From Felis catus (lineage: Eukaryota): a DNA stretch of 60,000 nucleotides. The stretch lies in the NCBI RefSeq assembly GCF_018350175.1, contig NC_058369.1:5892001-5952000 (forward strand), read 5' to 3'. The notes under the pieces were generated by a model, which made no database searches, was not told where the DNA came from, and was given only the letters and a program-made list of their open reading frames with translations. How positions within the stretch are numbered: position 1 is the first letter of the stretch; every line of letters begins with the position of its first letter. The position numbers and the translations under genes are program-made. Below, piece after piece: positions 52,020-60,000 of the stretch.

Positions 52020-52100
52020 AAAAGCATTGAATCCGAAACCGTGCGGACGAGCGAGGTGATAAAGAAGAAGCTGGGGGAGATCACAGGCACAGTGAAGGAG
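52020..52100 (+). CDS. TIMM44: TIMM44 exon 4
   Basis: KSIESETVRTSEVIKKKLGEITGTVKE; ccgtag| and |gtaatg. Confidence 0.96.
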
Positions 52101-52906
52101 GTAATGGTCTCCGGGCCCCCACGCTCTGTTGCCCGCGGCTGCCAGGCCATCTGTTCGTCGCCTCTGGGAGGAGAGCTGTGCTGGAAGCTGCGGGCAGAGC
52201 TGGCGCCTGGGCAGGGCGTGACTTGGCACAGCGGATGAATAGGCGTGGGTGGCGAGCCAGGGAAGAGCCAGCCTGGCCAGGTGGCTTCCGGAGTTAGGAT
52301 GCACAGCCCCCCCGCCCCCCCGGCCCTCGCCCAGGAAGGAGGGCGAAGTCAGGCTAGCCCACGTGCCCTGCGGCTCACCGCTGGCAGTAGAAGCTTTCAC
52401 GCTTTCGTGCCACCAGCAAAGACAGAAGGGCCAATGACTTGTCTCGTCCTGCCCAAAACAGGGAAGCACTGCTTGGCCCCAGGTGAGGGGAGATGGGGCA
52501 GCGTGGGGGGGCCCAAGGGCTTCCTTTTTGTTGCCTGTTTTGCTTTGTTCTGAGCAGGAGAGAGGGGCAGGGCTCTGCACTGTTCTGAGCCGCCTGCGAG
52601 GGTTCCAGGCCAGTCCAGCGTTAGGCACAGGCTCCTCGAACCTTTTATCCCTAAGCGGCCACTCGTGCCCCTTCCGGGGAGAGCCCAGTTGACCTGGCGT
52701 CCAGCCCGGAGCCCAGGGGTTCAGCCCTGCAGACCTTGTACACGGCGCACCCGAGTGTCCGGGCCCCATAGGTCAGACGAGTTCAGAGTGTCTGTTCCCG
52801 ACCTTTGAAGGACTGGACTGGTCTTAGCTCGGGGCGGGGTGGGGGGGGGGGCTGTGTGGGCCCCAAGGGGTGCTGTGCTGACACCCCCATCCCTGTGTCT
52901 CAGTAG

Positions 52907-53056
52907 AGTCTTGATGAAGTCGGTAAAAGCGACCTTGGCCGGAAGATCAAGGAGAGCGTGGAGGAAGCTGCCAAGACTGCCAAACAGTCGGCCGAGTCGG
53001 TGTCCAAAGGCGGGGAGAAGCTGGGCCGGACCGCCGCCTTCAGAGCCATCTCCCAG
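52907..53056 (+). CDS. TIMM44: TIMM44 exon 5
   Basis: SLDEVGKSDLGRKIKESVEEAAKTAKQSAESVSKGGEKLGRTAAFRAISQ; acceptor cagtag|, donor |gtgggt. Confidence 0.96.
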
Positions 53057-53831
53057 GTGGGTCGGGCTGGGGCTCACGGCCTGGCCTGCTCTGAGTCCGG
53101 GATCCGGAGTTCTCACTGCCGATCTCAGCCCTGGAGAGGGAGGGCCCGCTTGAGGCACCAGGATGGTGCTCCGCTCCCTGCTGGGTGGCCTTGGACAAGT
53201 CACAGCCCCTAGGAAGCAGCAGGTTAATGCACGGAGAGCCTCTCGGCCACTAACACCCTTAGCTTGTGTCCGTAAGCCCGGGACCTGTTGTACTCAAGGC
53301 GACCTGAGGTCCTGATTCATTCTGAAATGACTGTTGAATCTTCCCACATGCTGGGCCCTCTTGCTACCCACAGGGGCCACTGGATAGAAAGTCCAAATTC
53401 CTGCTCCTGAAGTGTCTGGGGGACCCAGAGGGGGATGAGTGTTTCCTGAGTGACATGTGACAAGGGAACATACAGGGGAGGGGCCACGGGTGGAGGGGCA
53501 GCCCCTCCAGTGGGGAGGCGTGCACAGCCAGCTCAACACGGCCAGGGTCGCTGCAGCAAGGTTGGGGGAAATGAGGGGGGCGGCCAGAGAAAAGCGGGGT
53601 CCATCTGAAACAGCCCTGTGGTCCACGCAGAGAAGTCAGGCAGGGTGCTCAGAGCCACGTGACCTCGAGACCGGGGGAAGCTGAGGCCCTGGGGTACCAA
53701 TAGGGCCCTGGGTTGGAGTTCTCCGCAGATGCTGTCCTGACTTGGGGCACAAACGCACAGGCCCCCGGCGGTGGTCCGCGGTGTCAGGAAGGTCCTGAGC
53801 GCCCACCCTGGGGCTGGCTGCTTTCCCCCAG

Positions 53832-53971
53832 GGGGTAGAGTCCGTGAAGAAGGAGATCGACGACAGCGTGCTGGGGCAGACCGGGCCCTATCGGAGGCCA
53901 GAGCGCCTCAGGAAGAGGAAGGAGTTTGCAGGAGAGAAGCTCAAGGAAGAGAAGGTGTTTGAGCCTAACGA
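53832..53971 (+). CDS. TIMM44: TIMM44 exon 6
   Basis: GVESVKKEIDDSVLGQTGPYRRPERLRKRKEFAGEKLKEEKVFEPN(E); ccccag| and GA|gtaggt. Confidence 0.96.
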
Positions 53972-54293
53972 GTAGGTAGCAGACTGGCCAGGGCCCGTGT
54001 CCCCCTTCCACACAGACACTGTTTGTGTTTGAGCGCCCCTGAGCGCCCCTGGAACGTTCCTGCCCAAGTCACTTCGTTCTCGAGTGTCTGTTCTGCTCAA
54101 GAGTCCCTGCTCCCTTGTGAACGTGGGGGAGATGGTGGGCGGTGGGAAGGGGAGAGAGAAGGCAGGAGGCTGAGAGAGGAGGGCGGGCTGCCCAGGGGGA
54201 CGGGGGCGCTGCCCGCAGGGACAGGAGGGCTGGGTGCCTGGGCCGGTACACAGGGGCCCGTCGCCACTGCTCACCGCTGCCCCATCTCCCCAG

Positions 54294-54379
54294 GGAGGCC
54301 CTGGGGGTCGTGCTGCACAAGGACTCCAAGTGGTACCAGCAGTGGAGAGACTTCAGGGACAACAACGTGGTATTTAATC
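54294..54379 (+). CDS. TIMM44: TIMM44 exon 7
   Basis: EALGVVLHKDSKWYQQWRDFRDNNVVFN(R); ccccag| and |gtgagt. Confidence 0.97.
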
Positions 54380-55019
54380 GTGAGTGTTCACGTCTCGGAC
54401 ACTCGGCCGACAGCGTCGCCGTGACAGCAGACGCTTACTGAGTGCTCCCCGCGCACTGGGCACAAGCCAGACCCCCTGCTTTACAGAGGAGGAGACCGGG
54501 GTCAGAGAGGAGCAGCCACTCCCCAGGATCACCCAGCCAGTGAGCAGCAGAGCCCAGGCCGCCAGGCAGCCCTGCTCTCGAGGGCAGCCCGGTACATCTC
54601 CAGCTGGCGGGCAGGGGCCCTCCCCCAGGGGCTGAGTCACCGTCCTCGCGGTCGCGGAGCTGCCTCTCTGAGGCCAGGCCGACCTGCCTCTCCGGTGGCC
54701 GGGCTGTGGGTGCCACCTTGAGAGGCTCCCTCACAGGGCAGGACAGGAGGCGCCGGTGGGCCTCCCAGGTGCCAGCCAGAGCGCCGCCACGCCACACACC
54801 CTTGTCCCTTGTCCTGTGACGGTCACTAGAGGCCGGTTTCCTTGGTAGGGAGAGCCCCGCCCCTCAGCCCACCTCCGAGAAAGCTGGCTCCGCCCCGCGC
54901 TGCCCAGGTGTGCACAGGGAGTGGGTCTTGCAGGGGCTGCAGGGAGCCCCCGGAAGTCGTAGAGTAGGGGTGTCTGTCTTTCTGGAGGCGACCCCTGACC
55001 TCAGCCCACGTCCCGGCAG

Positions 55020-55112
55020 GGTTCTTCGAGATGAAGGTGAAGTATGACGAGAGCGACAACGTCCTCATCCGGGCGTCCCGCGCGCTGACAGACAAGGTCA
55101 CAGACCTGCTGG
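55020..55112 (+). CDS. TIMM44: TIMM44 exon 8
   Basis: FFEMKVKYDESDNVLIRASRALTDKVTDLL(G); cggcag| and |gtgagt. Confidence 0.97.
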
Positions 55113-55200
55113 GTGAGTGGGCCCGGACCGTCCTTCCCGCCTGGGCTGGCCGCAGGGACGGTCCCGGGCCCTGGCCCACTCCTGCCGTGGCTGCCTCCAG

Positions 55201-55325
55201 GGGGCCTGTTCTCGAAGACGGAGATGTCAGAGGTGCTCACGGAGATCCTGCGAGTTGACCCTGCCTTCGACAAGGAGCGGTTCCTGCAGCAGTGTGAGAG
55301 CGACATCATCCCCAACGTCCTGGAG
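55201..55325 (+). CDS. TIMM44: TIMM44 exon 9 (start of the Tim44 C-terminal domain)
   Basis: GLFSKTEMSEVLTEILRVDPAFDKERFLQQCESDIIPNVLE; ctccag| and |gtgggt. Confidence 0.97.
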
Positions 55326-56640
55326 GTGGGTGCTGCACCCTGGGGCCCCCACCCAGTAGGTCCCCACTGTCCCGCCTGCCAGGTTACCCTGGGAACTGCC
55401 ACCAGGGGCAGAGATCTCCGGCCGTCAGAGGCCTGGCGCCCCCGCGCCCCCACGCCCGGCCCTCGTTAGTCATGCACCTCTGAGAAGGCACCCAGGGTCA
55501 CCTGTGGGCCCTGCTGGTCCCCGTGATGGTGGCCGATTTCTTCCCTGTGGGGTGTGTCTGCTCCCAGGGACGGAGTTCCCTTTCACGAGGTCCGGCAGCA
55601 GCTTCCGTCTTCCTGACAGCCGGCCTGGAGCCTCCTGTCTGGTTTCCCTCATGATCTGCTTGAAGCAGTTCCCTCGAGCCTACAGTGAGCGGCTGCCCAG
55701 GGCCGCGGCTCTGTCTCTCAGGGGCCAGGTCCCCTCTCTGTGGGAATCCTGAATCCCATTTGCTGGCCCCTCCTTCTGGTTCATAAATGAGGAGGGGGTG
55801 GCTCGCTCAGGGTCCTGCCCCTGCCCAAGGTTGACTGCCTCCAGCCAGCCACGTCTGTTTCTCCAGCCCCTGGGATGTGGCCGGAACCTGGGCCTCTGCC
55901 AGGCCTTTGGAAGGGCCTGATGAGATCACAGAAAGGCTCTGCACCCGCCACCACCCCCCCCACCCGGCCCCGAAGGTAGATTCCAGTCCCCACCCCCTGT
56001 CTCCTCTATCCGTCTCCTATCCTACTGGTCTCCCTGTGGTCCCCTCCTCTCTAATTCCCCACATTCCCTGCACCACTTCGGGCAGGGCCGGGAGGAGGTA
56101 GAGACGGGGCACTCCCTTAACACAGCAGCCCCAGCACAGGCGGATTCTTCTAGAGACGACGTCTCAGCTCCCGGCCTGCCCCTAGTTTTCTTTTTCCCTC
56201 TGGCCCTGGGCTCCTCTCTGACCTTCAGCAGGTCAGCCCCGCCTCCAGGTTCCTGCAGAGGCATCCCCTGTGGCACCTTGGGAGGCCACCCCAGGACCCC
56301 TCCTCTGCCCCTGTCCTGACCTCTGGCTGTGCAAAGCTCCAGCCCCGGTGGAGGTGGAATGCAGCTCCTGGCCTCCTTGGCTCAGCTTCCCAGCCCCGCT
56401 GAGCCCAGCATGCTGCCACCTTCCTCCACCTCACCCGAGGCCCTTGGGGCCACCCTGGGCTGCCGGGGGTCACACATGCAGGCCCTTGGTCCCAAGGGCC
56501 TGGGGAGGGGCATCCATTGCTGCGGCCTGACCCGAGGCCCCCTGCTCCCCAGCTGGAGCCTATAGGGTAGGGTCTCCAGCCTAGATAGCCCCCTATTAGT
56601 CTCGAACTTATTTTTCGTTTGTTTGTTTTTCCCTTTTTAG

Positions 56641-56691
56641 GCCATGATTTCTGGAGAGCTTGAGATTCTCAAAGACTGGTGCTATGAAGCT
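56641..56691 (+). CDS. TIMM44: TIMM44 exon 10
   Basis: AMISGELEILKDWCYEA; ttttag| and |gtgagt. Confidence 0.96.
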
Positions 56692-57491
56692 GTGAGTCCT
56701 TCTCTTTTTCTTTCTACTTTTTATATTTAGGCCTAAAAAGAATCAGTTTGGAGGTCTGTTTGGGCAGAGCCAGGAAGGGTATGACAGGGCCCGGTGTCCT
56801 GGTTGTGGGGGCACCCAGGGGTCCGGGGCCGGGCGGAAAGGGACCGGGAATAGCTTGGGGTGTGTGTGACCTTCCCTCAGCGCTCAGGGGTCTCACGTGG
56901 TGGCTGTGGGCGCTGGCCGGCAAGCAGCCTGCGGGCCCACACCACCTCCCGTCCCTGGGCCATGTCACAGGCGTCATGAGGGTACAGTGTGAACACAGAC
57001 GCAGCGCTCCCGGATGCACAGAGCGCTGGCCAGACTCATTATAGCTGTTCTCACTTTGAGTTCCCGAAACACAGATCAAAACAGACGGTGATAAGATTTC
57101 CCGCATGGGGAGGAGCCATGTGTCCTGATGAGGCCTGACTGCTCCCCAGAGTCAGTGCTCAGGGTCCCGGGGCCCCATGGTGCCAGGCCGTGCACCCAGG
57201 TCGGCTGTCCCCAGGAGCACACCCTGTCCGCCCCGGTCCTGGCAGCCTCCCCGGCCCTGCAGGACTCTGTCGGCCACCTCGACTCACCCTGCTCACTCCC
57301 TGACCTGTGTCTTCGTGGGGTTTTTGCTAGCTTATTTGTATTGAGCAATCCAGAGCCTTTTTTGGCTGATCTATTCTGCTTCCAGCTCACAAACAACTTG
57401 GAGAAAGCAGAGGAGAAGATGTCAGATTTTTTTTTTTTTTTTTAATACTCCCCTGCATGGTGACTAATCCAGCAGGCATTTATGAGCGTGT

Positions 57492-57524
<33 letters not shown>

Positions 57525-57622
57525 GCTTTGGGACCATTAGGCTGTGGTTGATTATCTTTGCCAAAGAGCTGCTGGGGCCCCTGGAAATGCTCCTGAAATT
57601 GCAGGTGCTTTCACAGAGGTGT

Positions 57623-57877
57623 ATGTGTGTATGTATGTATGTATGTGTGTGTTGTGTGTGTGTGTATTTATTTATTTAAATGTTTGTTTCTCTTCGAGAG
57701 AGACAGAGCGTGAGTGGGGGAGGAGCAGAGAGAGAGAGGGAGACACAGAATCCGAAGCAGGCTCCAGGCTCAGAGCTGTCAGCACGGAGCCCAACGCGGG
57801 GCTCGAACCCACGAACTGTGAGATCGTGACCTGAGCCGAAGTTGAATGCTCAACCGACTGAGTCACCCAGGCGCCCC
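57623..57877 (-). mobile_element. Can-SINE whose tail has become a (TATG)/(TG) microsatellite
   Basis: SINE body; flanking repeat cagaggtgt. Confidence 0.9.
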
Positions 57878-58691
57878 CAGAGGTGTTTCTTAGATGCCAT
57901 TTTTAAGAACCACACAGGAAATAGGGTTGGCACCATTTTTTTTCTTGGTAGATCAGTTATTTCCATAAAAAGTAAGTGTTGGAATGTCTTCCACCATAGC
58001 TGCTGAGTCCAGAGAAGCCTCCAGTGAAAAGGTACCAGGTGTCACGTGTGTCCTGGGCCTGGGAGTAGGCTCAAGGGGGCTGGAGGTGTCATTGGGGTGT
58101 CACCGCCCCGCGGGAAAAACGGGCTGCCTGTGGCCAGCGGCCTCCCATCGGGGCTGGTCAGTGAGGAGGAGGCCGACCGAGGGAGCTCATTTCAGAGCGG
58201 CTGTGGGTTAGGGCGAATCCTAGAAAACGCGTTTGATTCCAGGCCAAGATTCTGAGTGCGGTGAATATGGGGAAGTCCAAGATCAGCCAGAGAGGCCTCA
58301 ACTTCCCTCTGGGCGTGTATTTCAGATCCCGTTGCAGGAAAATTACCCACTTTACTGATTAATACCACTTTCATTTGGGCGTCTCGATGCAGCGCTGTCT
58401 TTATAACAAGGGGGGTGTGATTCGGGCCAGCAAATGGGTGGCACTGGCCTCCCTGCTTGGACCTGTGCTCCTGGCATCTGCTGCTCCTGGCAAAGCACAC
58501 GCAGGCGATAGCAGCCGTTTCTGGAAGGTGCAGGTGCAGAAAGCACGGGATAGGGCGGTGAGCCTGTCTGCGGGGAGAGTTTCCCAGGACAGTGCAGCCC
58601 CTGGGGTTCGCCAGCAGGTGCACCGCAGCACCTTGGTGGGGCTTGCGCTCGCGGGTCCAGCCGCAGGGATGTGTCTGGCTTCTCTTCGCAG

Positions 58692-58781
58692 ACCTACAGC
58701 CAGCTGGCGCACCCGATCCAGCAGGCCAAGGCGCTGGGCCTGCAGTTCCACTCCCGCATTCTGGACATCGACAACATCGAC
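58692..58781 (+). CDS. TIMM44: TIMM44 exon 11
   Basis: TYSQLAHPIQQAKALGLQFHSRILDIDNID; tcgcag| and |gtgagc. Confidence 0.97.
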
Positions 58782-59348
58782 GTGAGCGGCTCTTCTTGGC
58801 GTCGGGGGGGGTGCTGGTCAGAGGGGCGCCCGTCCCTGGGGGAGCTGCGGCACGGACAGACAGGGACTGGGGTGAAATGACCTCAGGGTCCCTTTCAGCA
58901 GAGGGTTCCCATAAGCCTGTGGTGGGAGAGTTCTTGGGCAGGCGGCGGACGCAGGGGGTGCTGTTGCCGCCCAGACCTCGGGGCCCCCGGAGGCAGTGCT
59001 GTCCCTCTGCCTTCACTGGGCAGGGCGAGAGCTTTGCCCCTGTGGAGAGCCGGACGAGTGCCGGTGCTGGTTACCCTGCCCGTGTGCAGGGGTCCCTCTG
59101 TGAGGCCTTACACGACCACCCAGCCCCCTCTGGGGAACAAGAAGCCACCAGGGTCCGGGGAGGCTGCGTGGATTGTTAGTTCAGACTCTGGCTCACATTG
59201 GGAGGGGTCCCGCGGGAACCCCCCACAGGTCCTTCTGGGGCCTGGCCCAATGAGTAGGACAAGTGGGGTGGCTGGGACTGCCGACTGTCAGGGGAGGGGC
59301 AAGGCCACTCTCTGAGGCCCGTCCACCTTGTCGTCGCTCCCCCTGCAG

Positions 59349-59459
59349 CTGGCCATGGGCAAGATGATGGAGCAGGGGCCTGTGCTGATCATCACCTTCC
59401 AGGCCCAGCTGGTGATGGTGATCAAGAACCCCAAAGGCGAGGTGGTGGAGGGCGACCCG
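59349..59459 (+). CDS. TIMM44: TIMM44 exon 12
   Basis: LAMGKMMEQGPVLIITFQAQLVMVIKNPKGEVVEGDP; ctgcag| and |gtgagt. Confidence 0.97.
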
Positions 59460-59789
59460 GTGAGTCCAGGAGGGATCGGGCCTCGCGGGTGGCCGGTGCG
59501 AGACTGGCTGATGGCCGCCTCCAGCCACCTCGCGCCGACAGAGCCAGGAGGTTTTGTGACTGCGCAGCAACAGCAGGGCAGTGTCTTGAGAAGCCTGGGG
59601 CCCTGTGGGTGCTGGTGGGGGTTGGAGGGTGACTGACTCATCTGGCTGTGCAGAGGCCTGAGTTGTCGACTCTGGGCCCAGGCTGACTCCCAGCTCTGCT
59701 CCCTGGTCCCTCCTGGCGTCCCCTTTGTGTTCTGCCCGGCCCCTCCCCACAGTCCCTTGTCGTGGCCCTCACCGTCCCTGCTTCTGCAG

Positions 59790-59909
59790 GACAAGGTGCT
59801 GCGCATGCTGTACGTGTGGGCGCTCTGTCGAGACCAGGACGAGCTCAACCCCTACGCGGCCTGGCGGCTCCTGGACATCTCAGCGTCCAGCACGGAGCAG
59901 GTCCTCTGA
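59790..59909 (+). CDS. TIMM44: TIMM44 exon 13 coding part, stop TGA; the 3' UTR continues beyond the window
   Basis: DKVLRMLYVWALCRDQDELNPYAAWRLLDISASSTEQVL*; the 13 exons sum to 1365 nt, an intact 454-aa ORF. Confidence 0.97.
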   Translation, partial: DKVLRMLYVWALCRDQDELNPYAAWRLLDISASSTEQVL

Positions 59910-60000
59910 GCGTGGTGGCCACGAGCAGAGGCTTCTGGGCTGGATCAGCGCGCGGTGGTTACACAGGACTGGTGTCTGCCTGTCACAACTAGACCTCTGG

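Noticed and set aside
57360..57525. Cryptic exon in TIMM44 intron 10 (ctgcttccag| followed by purine-rich sequence and poly-T runs)
   Set aside because: The acceptor is plausible but I find no convincing donor or poly(A) signal nearby
58192..59016. 274-aa antisense ORF (also 52011-52769 and 31476-32201)
   Set aside because: Low-complexity Pro/Gly/Arg/Ala-rich translations expected from GC-rich DNA; no family similarity or supporting splice structure

Overview
Mammalian genomic DNA, not prokaryotic. The tRNA-derived Can-SINEs include near-identical young SINEC_Fc-type copies, which points to a felid (cat family). Two protein-coding genes lie in tandem on the + strand, in the same order as human 19p13.2. 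The first is the 3' part of ELAVL1/HuR: coding exons 3-6 (8201-22229) plus a ~5 kb 3' UTR with several poly(A) signals and an AU-rich element. Its promoter and first two exons lie upstream of the window. The second is the complete 13-exon TIMM44 coding region (46143-59909, 1365 nt, 454 aa) with a CpG-island promoter. The ~19 kb between them is mostly transposon-derived (Can-SINE, L1M, L2, MIR, MLT1, MER74-like, MER63, MER5). No new protein-coding system is supported. The most interesting unexplained signals are candidate unproductive RNA-processing elements. In ELAVL1 intron 4 there is a complete alternative terminal exon (acceptor, 10 codons, stop, AATAAA, GU-rich element) and a poison upstream acceptor next to a weak exon 5 acceptor. 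In TIMM44 there is a CAG-TAG tandem acceptor whose proximal use inserts a stop, a +4 donor that also creates a stop, and an 88-nt intron that folds into a strong hairpin. Repeat family names come from remembered consensus sequences, not from a database search.
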